A stretch of DNA of 64,000 bases from an uncultured Gemmatimonadales bacterium. Its GTDB lineage: Bacteria > Gemmatimonadota > Gemmatimonadetes > Gemmatimonadales > GWC2-71-9. The position numbers were made by a program, and so were the translations under genes. Below, in pieces: positions 48,997 through 62,485 of this stretch. Location: NCBI GenBank assembly GCA_963728915.1, contig CAVSLV010000001.1:768001-832000 (forward strand), read 5' to 3'. Below the pieces are notes generated by a model. That model did not search any database. It was not told the DNA's origin and saw nothing but the letters and a program-made list of their open reading frames with translations. Within the stretch, counting starts at the first letter, position 1, and every line of letters starts with the position of its first letter.

Positions 48997-49562
48997 GGGC
49001 GAAGCTCCTGAGCCAGCCAGGCTTTTGCCGCCCTCCAGTCCCGGAGCACGGTCGCCTCGGAGATCCCGAGGAGCTCGGCGGTCTCGGCGACGTCAAGGCC
49101 ACCGAAGAACCGGCTCTCCACCATAGTTGCCTGCCGGGGACTGATTCTGGCGAGCGCTTCGAGGGCGGCGTCCAGCCCCAGGATGTCCTCCGGTCCGCGC
49201 TCCGGCACGCCCAGGGCATCGTCGAAGGTGATCGGGGCAACCCCGTCGCCTCGCTTGTGGGCGGTGCGCCGGCGCGCCGCTTCCACCAGGACCTGACGCA
49301 TGGCCCGGGCAGCGATCCGCTTGAAGTGGAGGCGCGAGGTCATGACGAAGGGGGGAGAGCTGGCCAATTTGAGCCAGGCCTCGTTGACCAGGGCAGTAGG
49401 GGAGAGGGAAGCGGCCGGATCGTCCCGACGCACCGAGGCGGCAAGCCGCCGGAGCTCCTCGTAGGTCACACTGAACAGTTGATCCAGGGCATGGCGGTCG
49501 GCGACCACCACCCCGAATTCCCCACTGACGAGCCCGTGGCTGGACGATTCCTGAGGAGGCAT
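48993..49562 (-). CDS. ECF sigma factor of the kinase-associated type
   Basis: LFSVTYEELRRLA, PTALVNEAWLKL, AMRQVLVEAARR..AHKRG, RFFGGL..ETAE, RDWRAAKAWL. Confidence 0.92.
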   Translation of the reverse strand: MPPQESSSHGLVSGEFGVVVADRHALDQLFSVTYEELRRLAASVRRDDPAASLSPTALVNEAWLKLASSPPFVMTSRLHFKRIAARAMRQVLVEAARRRTAHKRGDGVAPITFDDALGVPERGPEDILGLDAALEALARISPRQATMVESRFFGGLDVAETAELLGISEATVLRDWRAAKAWLAQELRP

Positions 49563-49739
49563 CGGGGTCCGGAAGGGGGGGCGATGGCAGATACCAGCCT
49601 AATAATACGCGAGGTGGTTCCTCCCGGATCGGTGGTCGTTGCGTCCTTGTGACAGTGGGTTAGATTGGGCGACCTCAGGACCTTCCCGAAGGCGCTGGAA
49701 CTCAAAGCCGGACACGGAGATGGGTTATTCCAGCGGGCC

Positions 49740-49768
49740 TTGACCGGGGGAGGCCTCCGGTCTACATT
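49740..49768 (+). promoter_or_regulatory. rRNA operon promoter
   Basis: TTGACC-17 nt-TACATT; a possible upstream promoter TTGCGT-16 nt-TAGATT at 49639-49666. Confidence 0.7.
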
Positions 49769-49802
49769 GGAGGGCTCCCTGCGAATCGGGAGTTTTGTAA
49801 CG

Positions 49803-49814
49803 GCTCTTTGACAA
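49803..49814 (+). promoter_or_regulatory. boxA antitermination site (rrn leader)
   Basis: GCTCTTTGACAA; identical copy in the ITS. Confidence 0.8.
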
Positions 49815-49961
49815 GTGACGTGAACGGAGAATCAGGATGGAGTGCGGGTCCTTCGATCCGTGTCCGCACAAGAGGCGGTGCACGGGGAGGACACAAATCT
49901 CTTAATCTGTGATTCGGACGACTGAGAACATCCAGTTGTTCGACCAAGAGCTGTATCGAAC

Positions 49962-51473
<1,512 letters not shown>

Positions 51474-51568
51474 GGAGCAACGAGTAACCCGCCCGCAGTT
51501 GGAGCGGCGCGAAAGTTCTCTGGTGTCGCCCGCACTTCATTCTCTCTCCGTTCGCGTTCACTCTTTTG

Positions 51569-51580
51569 GCTCTTTGACAA
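51569..51580 (+). promoter_or_regulatory. boxA antitermination site (ITS)
   Basis: GCTCTTTGACAA. Confidence 0.8.
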
Positions 51581-51643
51581 CTGAGGTACCGGAGAACGTG
51601 GAAGGAATCCCACCGCAAGATGGAGTAGTATCAGTAGATCGTG

Positions 51644-54599
<2,956 letters not shown>

Positions 54600-54639
54600 T
54601 TCCAATAACCTTTCACGTTCTCCGGGACCTCGATCTTCT

Positions 54640-54759
54640 TGGCTGCCGACTAGCGCGCGGGGGCCACACCCGTTCCCATTCCGAACACGGTCGTTAAGCC
54701 CCGTAGCGCCGATGGTACTGCGATCGCGAGATCGCGGGAGAGTAGGCCGTCGCCAGCCA
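54640..54759 (+). rRNA. rrf: 5S rRNA
   Basis: CCCATTCCGAACAC, GCCGATGGTACTG, GGGAGAGTAGG; TGGCTG/CAGCCA terminal helix. Confidence 0.97.
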
Positions 54760-54767
54760 TTCCCAAC

Positions 54768-54807
54768 AAAGCCCGTCCTCGTTGCAGAGGACGGGCTTTT
54801 GGGTTTT
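54768..54807 (+). terminator. Intrinsic terminator of the rRNA operon
   Basis: AAAGCCCGTCCTC-GTTGCA-GAGGACGGGCTTT hairpin plus T-rich tail. Confidence 0.9.
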
Positions 54808-54829
54808 CGAGCCGAGCCCGATCGCGGCC

Positions 54830-55471
54830 CTAGGGCACCCCGACATTCTTCATCCCTTCGAGCTTGCCGAGGTCCAGCTTGTCCACCGCGGCCTTCAAGG
54901 CATCCATATCCACTCCACGCCCCTCGGTTTCGACGATGAACCGGCTGGCCACGAGCAGGTTCAGCTCGCCATACTTGCTGTCCCGATCGTACTTCTCGTA
55001 CCCACGATACCCCTTGTAGGTGGTAGTCTTTTCGTAGCCGCTGGCGGTCTCGCGATCCACCTCCATGGTGGCCCAGGCGACCGCCGCGAGGGCGGCGACC
55101 CCGGTGACCGCGCCCATGTCGGTGATTTTGACCCTGATGCTGGATCCATCGTCGGACTCGTAACGGCCCTCGGAATAGGAGGCCACGAACCCCACCGCGC
55201 CGGCCTTCTCGCCCTCGGCGCTGCTGCGCTTCATGCCGGGAAGGTCGTCCGGAAGCAGCGCCTTGAGATCGCGAAAGTCCACCGGCTCAGAAGCCTTGAC
55301 GTTCGCCAGAGCCCCCGCGACAGTTCCCGCCGCCGTGCCTGCGGCTGCCCCGATCGCGGCACCCATCTGACGGCCAGCCTCCTGCAACTGGCGAACCGCA
55401 CCTTCAGCCTGTTTCTGCTCGGCGCTCTTGCAGGCGACCATGAGCAGGATGCCCACAATGCGGATCTTCAT
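54830..55471 (-). CDS. Hypothetical lipoprotein
   Basis: MKIRIVGILLMVAC lipobox; GC3-rich codon use. Confidence 0.8.
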   Translation of the reverse strand: MKIRIVGILLMVACKSAEQKQAEGAVRQLQEAGRQMGAAIGAAAGTAAGTVAGALANVKASEPVDFRDLKALLPDDLPGMKRSSAEGEKAGAVGFVASYSEGRYESDDGSSIRVKITDMGAVTGVAALAAVAWATMEVDRETASGYEKTTTYKGYRGYEKYDRDSKYGELNLLVASRFIVETEGRGVDMDALKAAVDKLDLGKLEGMKNVGVP

Positions 55472-55971
55472 CGGGACTGCTCCGAAAGATTGGGGAGAAG
55501 AAACCTACCGCTTGGGGCCGGGAGTCGGGAAGGCGATGGAGAAGAAACTATCCGCCCCCATGTGGAGCGCACCACCGGGCAACAGTGTGGCGCTTCCGCC
55601 ACACTTGCGAGCTTGGGAAGCGAACGCCACTTTTTTCACCCGCCAAGGGACTCAATGGAGATCCAAAGGAAGAAGATTCCGCGCCCCAGTGTTACGCGAA
55701 GAGGAGCACCTCGCCAACCTGACGCAGACCGTGAGCTCAGCCGACTGCGAACCGACAACCCTTCGCTGTTGGGGCGTCCCGCTCGGGGGATAAACCTCGG
55801 CGGCTCCATTCGCGGAGCGTCACTCTTCTTCGTGCAAACGATCGTCGACTCCGAGGCCCGGTATCCGTCAGGATGCCGGGCTTCGATGTGTTTTCGGGTG
55901 GGTTCGGCCGCCGGGTTAGTCGGGCGACGCGCCTTGTCCTGATGCGAACACCGAACCTGGAAAGGGACCCC

Positions 55972-56688
55972 ATGAAGAAGACAAGACGTGCGACGCTCGC
56001 ACTCGTCGGAATCGGGCTGGCCGGCCCAATCACATCTCTCCTGGCCCAGGCCTCACCCTCGGGTCTCGCCGACAAGATGCGCAATGCCTGCCAGGGAAGG
56101 GCCAGCTGCTCCGAGGCTGATTTCTACAGCGGTACCCTGGACCGGAAGGAAGAGCTGACCTCCGATATCAAGAGCGGAGATGCCCGCTCGACCAGCAACC
56201 TTCTGGTCACGGTCCACGTCGTCGTCACCTCGGGCAAGGTGGAGTGCGTCGGGCAATACACCCTCGAAGAGAAGGCCTGGACCGCTGGCAAGATCACCGT
56301 GGACAGCAAGGCCAGCGGGAAGATCAACGGCCCCGGGCTGATCCACATGACCTTCGAGCAGGGCGGGTCGCACTCGGTGATGGGGGCGACCGAAAACGAG
56401 GACGTCGAGCTGGACCCGAATCAGCTTTCCTACAACGTCGCCGTGACTTGCCCCTCACCCGCCGTGACCCGTACCGGAGGAGGGCAGACCAGTTTCACCG
56501 ACTCGGAGCCGGCAAGATGGGGATCCTCCCAGGAGTTTCAGACCGATCACTGGCCGGGGGCACTCACGCAGGCGAGCTTGAGCGGCAGCTCGACGTACTA
56601 CCATCCCGACGCCGATCCCATCAACGGCGTTGGCGGGAAGGTGAGCGTCCTCTGGTCGTTGAACAAGGCGGCATCGCCCAAGCCCTGA
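55972..56688 (+). CDS. Hypothetical secreted protein
   Basis: MKKTRRATLALVGIGLAG..LLAQ signal peptide; AAGGGA upstream; beta-rich, four Cys. Confidence 0.75.
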   Translation: MKKTRRATLALVGIGLAGPITSLLAQASPSGLADKMRNACQGRASCSEADFYSGTLDRKEELTSDIKSGDARSTSNLLVTVHVVVTSGKVECVGQYTLEEKAWTAGKITVDSKASGKINGPGLIHMTFEQGGSHSVMGATENEDVELDPNQLSYNVAVTCPSPAVTRTGGGQTSFTDSEPARWGSSQEFQTDHWPGALTQASLSGSSTYYHPDADPINGVGGKVSVLWSLNKAASPKP

Positions 56689-56856
56689 CCCCGGCAGAGA
56701 GGCCTCAACACCCGCATTCAGGAGTCTGACCCATGCGCAGGGTTTCCGTCCCTGGGCTCTCCGTCGTGGGGCTCGCCCTGGTGTCGGCCCCGACGGGTGG
56801 GTGTGGACGATGACGCCGACCATCATGAAATAGCAACAGCCCTAGAGGAGGGTGAC

Positions 56857-57490
56857 ATGCAAGCGCCGGTCTGGCCGGTTCTGGTCCTTCGCTGCTCATG
56901 GCTCACGTGCTGCCCGGGATGGCGCAGGAAACGATCCACATTCGGCTCGCCAACACCTATTTCGCCCAGATCGATATCGGGATTGGCAAGGCTGAACGAA
57001 GTAATGGCGCCGACACTGTCGCTGGTACCCTTACGCGCCAGACCGACGGGACCTGGACAGGAGAGGTCCAGGCCAAGGTCGCTTTCATCCAGGAAATGAA
57101 GGGATTCCTGGGCAAGGCCTGCCCCAAGTCGCAATTCCAAGGTTCCCAGCGCTTGCGCATGACCGGCCGAACAGTGAGCGGCTTCAATTCGAAGGTCCAG
57201 ACGATCTCATACCAGAGCGGCAGGGCAACCGAATTCCTGGTGCTCACCGTCAAGCCCGCCGCAGCGATGAACATGCAGGGCGACCTTACGTGTCTCAGCA
57301 TCGACTCCACCGGAGTCCTCCCACTCAATGATTCGCGCTGGATGCCGGAGGTGGGTACACCATTGGATTGCCGCAACGTGGCGTGCTCGAATATGCTGAC
57401 GACACGGTAGACACGACGGGGGGAGGCACTGGCGTGGCCCTTCCGGTAAACGCGATCGGTCGCTGGAGGGTTCGCGTCGAGCGACCGTGA
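56857..57490 (+). pseudogene. Secreted hypothetical protein with two -1 frameshifts (pseudogene or sequencing indels)
   Basis: GAGGAGG SD, then MQAPVWPVLVL / LLMAHVLPGMAQETIH...DSRW / DAGGGYTIGLP...WRVRVERP*; shifts near 56889 and 57341. Confidence 0.65.
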
Positions 57491-57553
57491 CCCAGCCAGC
57501 CTCCAAATCCTTGAAACGTTCGGAGTGAGGGAGGCCAAAGCCACGGGGTCGCC

Positions 57554-57736
57554 TCACCACACGATGGCACGGAGGAGCTTCCAGGCAGTGATCAGCACCC
57601 AGGTCGTGAGCACCGCGGCGAACACGGCCGGAATCCTCGCCTCGAACCAGTCGGGGACCGAAGCCGTTTCGTCGGGCGGCGCGGCGCTCCCTGGATCGTG
57701 CTGGAGCCGGCCCTTAGAAGGGTGGCTGGTCGTCAT
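57554..57736 (-). CDS. Small (60 aa) single-TM protein
   Basis: GGAGG 4 nt before ATG; C-terminal hydrophobic helix IPAVFAAVLTTWVLITAWKLL. Confidence 0.45.
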   Translation of the reverse strand: MTTSHPSKGRLQHDPGSAAPPDETASVPDWFEARIPAVFAAVLTTWVLITAWKLLRAIVW

Positions 57737-58405
57737 ACCACCTCCGCCATAGCAGGGTGGCTTCCGCCACCACTGAATCCACCGGGGCGGTCCGAAAAAA
57801 CCTCTGGCGACGGATGCAGCTCGCCAGGGCGGCTCGGGCCTGGGCCTCCTCGCCTTCCGCGTGATGGATCCGGGCAAGCAGCAGTCGTGGCCGCAGCCGG
57901 TCGGGGTAACGGGCCGCGGTTGTTCGGGCGTTCATAAGCGCGGGATCCAGCCAGCCGGCCTCGAGCTCCGCCTCGGCGAGGGCCAACTTCGTGTCGGGAT
58001 CGTCCTGATTCTCGAGACCCTGCTGCAGCACTGTCGCCGCCTGCTCCGGCTGGCCGGCTTGGAGCAGACCGATACCGAGCTCGTGGCTAAGGCCGGGCTC
58101 CGAGGGCACCGCCGATGCGCGCGCGACAACAACTGCAAGCTTGCCGCACCATGGTTACGCCTGGCGTTCTTCCAGAATCGGTAGCCTGGATATTCCCACG
58201 CTGTCTTGATGGCGACCGTCACGGCCCACCCCAGCGCAGCCGCCAATGCCAGCTACCTGGCCCTCTTGCTTCGAAGGTCCACTCGCAGCAGAACGGGTGC
58301 GGGGACCAGCCCGATCGCGAGATGTGCGGTCACAAGAATGGCCACCCAGTGCACCGCGCTATCGACGAGGGAGTGTACCAGGATGGCGACCAGCAATGCC
58401 ACTCC
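57714..58405 (-). pseudogene. 3' remnant of an O-antigen-ligase-like membrane protein with TPR tail
   Basis: LLVAILVHSLVDS TM motif, in-frame TAG at 58255-58253, frameshift near 58109, then TPR-like helices. Confidence 0.6.
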
Positions 58406-58971
58406 CGGTGCAGCTGCGCATCCACCCCGTTGTCCAGCACCCGGTAGAGCAGCAGGTTCGTGCCTCGGCGCAAGGTGGCGGTGTAAATGTCCTCGTGCTT
58501 GCGGACCCCGCGGTTTGCGTACCGGCTTGCGCCAAGCAGGGTTCCGTTCAGCCATACTACCGTACCCCCGTTCGAGGCGATGCTGAGCAGGCTGTCGTGT
58601 GTAGTCTCGGCGCGCACTGCCTCCAGCACATTGATGGAGCGCGGCTGCCCTTGCGGCGGGGGCGGAAATTTGAGGTGCAGCTCGTCGTCCCGAACCCGCG
58701 GCTCGGTCCACGGAATGCCGGTGGCGCGCGCGAGCTCTGCTTTCCCCAGGACCGTGTCCCCTCCCAGCCGTGCGAGTAGCTGAGAGTCCGCCGCGAGCGG
58801 CATCAGCAACGCGCAGGCCGAGTCGGCCACAGGGCATTGCGGCACCGAGGCGGAGACGTAGACGCGGACGACCGGCTGGTGCCACGGGAAGAGGCCGTCG
58901 CACGCCGGCGACAGCAGCAGGGCAATCGCGAGGAGGCTCCGACTCCAGCTCAGGGATCGGTGACGGGACAA
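58330..58971 (-). pseudogene. 5' part of a lipoprotein gene (beta-sandwich domain), probably truncated near 58400
   Basis: Lipobox LSPAC; SNGGTVVWLNG...LRRGTNLLLYRV; the tail after LHREW overlaps the next remnant out of frame. Confidence 0.5.
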
Positions 58972-59074
58972 GGTATTGCCGATCGGCTAGGATGAGGTCT
59001 GCACGCCGACGAAAAGCTACATCGGATTGGAGGCCCCTGCGTCGAGGTCGCCCGAACCTCTGTATCTTCCGCCC

Positions 59075-60505
59075 ATGCACACCTTCCTATCGTGCGGCGC
59101 CTTCGCGATGGCCTGCGCCCTCGCGGCCTCTCCCGCAGTGGGCCAGCGCCCGACCATCGGCGGCGCGGCGCGTCCGTTCGTCGCTATCGACAAGGCAGTC
59201 GTCGCGATCACCCACGTCCGCATGATCGACGGAACCGGCGCGCCCGCCCGCGCCGACCAGACCGTCGTCATTCAGGATGGACGTATCGTGCGGGTCGGAC
59301 CCACGGCGCATGTGAGCGTCCCGGCCGGCGCGCTGGTCATCGACGGGACCGGAAAGACGGTGATTCCCGGATTCGTGATGGTGCACGAACACCTGTTCTA
59401 TCCCACCGGCCCCGGGGTCTACGGGAACCTGTCCGAGAGCTTCTCGCGGCTCTATCTCGCAGGGGGAGTGACTGCGATGCGAACCGGCGGCAACATGAAC
59501 GGTTTCGGGGAGCTCGCACTGGCCAGGGCGGATCGCGAGTTTCAGAAGGCCGGGCCATGGATCGACGCGACGGCGCCGTATCTCGAGGGCCCGGGACTTC
59601 CGCTCGGTCAGGTGCATCCTCTCACCGGAGCCGACGACGCCCGCCGGCTGGTCGACTACTGGGCAGACATGGGCGCCACGTCTTTCAAAGCGTACATGCA
59701 CATCACCCGCGACGAGCTCAAGGCTGCCGCCGAGGAAGCGCACAAGCGGGGGATGAAGATCACCGGGCACCTGTGTTCGGTGACCTATCGCGAGGCGGCC
59801 GACGCCGGCATCGATGATCTGGAGCACGGCTTCTTCGCCTCCACCGATTTCGTGAAGGAGAAGCGGGCCGACGAGTGCCCGGGCCAGGGGGCTGGCCAGG
59901 CCACCATCGCGGCGCTCGATCCCGATGACCCGGGGTTCCGATCCCTGCTATCGTATCTCATTTCCAAACACGTCGCGATCACCTCGACCCTCACCGTCTT
60001 CGAAACCATCACGCCGGGACGACCACTCCCCCCCGGCCAGGACGTCCTCACGCCCCAGCTCAAGGCGCAGTTCGAACAGCGCTGGCAGAACACCCAGCGC
60101 AATACCAGCTCTCCCTTCGTGGCGCTCTTTCCCAAGGCCATGAAGCTCGAAGTGGCCTTCTACCGCGCGGGAGGCCTGCTCCTCGCCGGAACCGATCCCA
60201 CCGCGGGTGGCGGGGTCATTCCCGGCTACTCGAACCAGCGGCAGGTCGAGCTGCTGGTCGAGGCGGGCCTCACGCCACTCGAGGCGATCAAGGTTGCCAC
60301 GCTGAACGGGGCGACCTACCTCGGCATCGCGGACCGGACCGGCACCATCGCACCGGGCAAGCAGGCCGATCTCGTGCTGATCACCGGGGATCCCTCGACC
60401 AGCATCGCCGACCTCCGAAATGTCGAGATGGTGTTCCGGCAGGGAATTGGCTTCGATCCTGCCAGGCTCATTGCCTCCGTCAAGGGAATGGTGGGGATCT
60501 TCTGA
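59075..60505 (+). CDS. Secreted metal-dependent amidohydrolase
   Basis: Signal peptide; VIPGFVMVHEH, FKAY, TGHL, LEHG, AGTD, ATLNGA..LG, GKQADLV. Confidence 0.9.
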   Translation: MHTFLSCGAFAMACALAASPAVGQRPTIGGAARPFVAIDKAVVAITHVRMIDGTGAPARADQTVVIQDGRIVRVGPTAHVSVPAGALVIDGTGKTVIPGFVMVHEHLFYPTGPGVYGNLSESFSRLYLAGGVTAMRTGGNMNGFGELALARADREFQKAGPWIDATAPYLEGPGLPLGQVHPLTGADDARRLVDYWADMGATSFKAYMHITRDELKAAAEEAHKRGMKITGHLCSVTYREAADAGIDDLEHGFFASTDFVKEKRADECPGQGAGQATIAALDPDDPGFRSLLSYLISKHVAITSTLTVFETITPGRPLPPGQDVLTPQLKAQFEQRWQNTQRNTSSPFVALFPKAMKLEVAFYRAGGLLLAGTDPTAGGGVIPGYSNQRQVELLVEAGLTPLEAIKVATLNGATYLGIADRTGTIAPGKQADLVLITGDPSTSIADLRNVEMVFRQGIGFDPARLIASVKGMVGIF

Positions 60506-61281
60506 TCGCCGTCACCCGCGCGGTGAGCCCCACGCTCGCCCAGTGCGAGCTCACCCACCTGACTCGGCAGCCGATCGATCCCGCCCGCGCGGCGGAGGAG
60601 CACGCCGAGTACGAACAAACCCTCCGGAGTCTCGGCGCCACGATCGTTCGGGCAGCGCCGGCCCCCGATCTTCCCGATGCGGTATTTGTGGAGGACGCCG
60701 CGATTGTGTTCGACGAAGTAGCGGTCCTCACCCGGCCCGGTTCGCCTCGACGCCGCGACGAGATTCCAGGCGTCGGCGAAGTCCTGGGGCGGTTTCGGTC
60801 GCTCCGGTCCATCGAGAAACCGGCCACCCTCGACGGAGGGGATGTACTACGGGTGGGACGGACCGTGTACGTTGGCCTGTCAGCTCGGACCAGCAAGGCG
60901 GGCGTGGATCAGCTCGCGACCTTGCTTGCTCCCTGGGACTATCACGTAGTTCCGGTCGGGGTTACCGGCTGTTTGCATCTCAAGAGCGCCGTGACGCAGG
61001 TCGCGGATCGGTTGCTCCTGGCCAATCTCGCGTGGGTGGATCGGGCCGCCTTCGCACCGCTCGACATCCTGCCGGTGCGCCAAGACGAGCCTGGCGCGGC
61101 AAACGCACTGCTCCTGGCCGGGACGGTGATCTTCCCGGCTCATTATCCAGGCACCAGACGACGTCTTGAAGAGGCAGGGATCCGGGTGACTGCGGTGCCA
61201 AGCGCCGAGCTGGCCAAGGCCGAGGGAGGGGTCACCTGCTGCAGCATCGTGCTGGATTCCCCGCGCATTCCTCCCGACTGA
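60502..61281 (+). CDS. Dimethylarginine dimethylaminohydrolase (amidinotransferase fold); start CTG 60502 or GTG 60523
   Basis: PDAVFVED, LDGGDV, LHLKS, KAEGGVTCCS. Confidence 0.88.
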   Translation: MIAVTRAVSPTLAQCELTHLTRQPIDPARAAEEHAEYEQTLRSLGATIVRAAPAPDLPDAVFVEDAAIVFDEVAVLTRPGSPRRRDEIPGVGEVLGRFRSLRSIEKPATLDGGDVLRVGRTVYVGLSARTSKAGVDQLATLLAPWDYHVVPVGVTGCLHLKSAVTQVADRLLLANLAWVDRAAFAPLDILPVRQDEPGAANALLLAGTVIFPAHYPGTRRRLEEAGIRVTAVPSAELAKAEGGVTCCSIVLDSPRIPPD

Positions 61282-61387
61282 CCGCCCGGGGACGGGGGCC
61301 CGCGTGTAGATCCAGTTGCAAGGGAATTCACGCTCTCTTCACGTGGCAACCGCCAGTTTGAGAAATCCTCCTTGGAGCTCAGCCCGG

Positions 61388-62485
61388 GTGAACCCTGACG
61401 GCAACGATCCCACTCGCGACCTCGACCCGCTGATCGGAAACACTCCGCTCCTGGTGATCCGGTTCCGGTTTCGCGGCCGGGAGCGGGTGCTGTACGCCAA
61501 ATCGGAAAATCTGAACATGACGGGAAGCGTCAAGGACCGCATGGCGATCGAGATCCTGCGGCGAGCCTATTGGCGCGGGAATCTCCGACCCGGCGGTCTC
61601 ATCGTCGAGGCCACCAGCGGGAATACCGGGATATCGTTTGCCGCGATCGGGCGGGCCCTCGGACACCCCGTCGCCATCTTCATCCCGAGCTGGATGAGCG
61701 AGGAACGCCTCGCCCTGCTGCGGTCGTTCGGCGCCGAGCTGCATCTGGTCACGCCGGAGCAGGGAGGCTTCGTCGGAGCCATTCAGCTCGCCGACGAGCT
61801 GGCCCGAGATACCCCAGGGGCGTTCCTGCCACATCAATTCTCCAATGAGGACAACTGTGCCGCACACGAAGGGGGCACCGGGCCTGAGCTGGCTCACCAG
61901 CTCGGTGCGCTCGGCCTGGCGCCGGACGCCTTCGTAGCCGGGGTAGGGACGGGGGGTACCGTGATGGGAGTCGGCCGTGCTCTTCGAAAACACTGGTCTC
62001 CTGTTCGCATTCATCCGGTGGAACCCGCAAGCTCACCCACCTTGAGCACCGGTCGGCACACCGGGCACCATCGCATTCAGGGCATTTCCGACGAGTTCAT
62101 TCCCCCGATCGTGGACCTCGCATTTCTCAATGAGGTCATTGCCGTTGACGACGGGGACGCCATTCTCATGGCGCAGCGCCTGACCCGGCAGATCGGCCTC
62201 GCGGTGGGGATCTCGTCGGGGGCCAACTTTCTTGCGGCGCTCAAGGCCCAGCAAACGCTGGGAAGCGACGCCGTGGTAACGACCCTGTTCGCGGACAGCA
62301 ACAAGAAGTATCTGAGCACCGACCTGATGACGGAGGAGCCGGAACGGGAAGGCTATCTCTCTCCCGAGATCGAGCTCACCGGAGTCAGGGCGGTGGGCCG
62401 GGTATGCGCGTCCTGCTCCGGGCCAGTGCGGCTGGATGGCCACGTCGCTCCATCGGCCGCCTTGCCTGCCGTCATCCCGGGGTGA
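61388..62485 (+). CDS. PLP-dependent cysteine synthase family protein (start uncertain)
   Basis: [46 protein letters not shown]. Confidence 0.9.
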   Translation: MNPDGNDPTRDLDPLIGNTPLLVIRFRFRGRERVLYAKSENLNMTGSVKDRMAIEILRRAYWRGNLRPGGLIVEATSGNTGISFAAIGRALGHPVAIFIPSWMSEERLALLRSFGAELHLVTPEQGGFVGAIQLADELARDTPGAFLPHQFSNEDNCAAHEGGTGPELAHQLGALGLAPDAFVAGVGTGGTVMGVGRALRKHWSPVRIHPVEPASSPTLSTGRHTGHHRIQGISDEFIPPIVDLAFLNEVIAVDDGDAILMAQRLTRQIGLAVGISSGANFLAALKAQQTLGSDAVVTTLFADSNKKYLSTDLMTEEPEREGYLSPEIELTGVRAVGRVCASCSGPVRLDGHVAPSAALPAVIPG

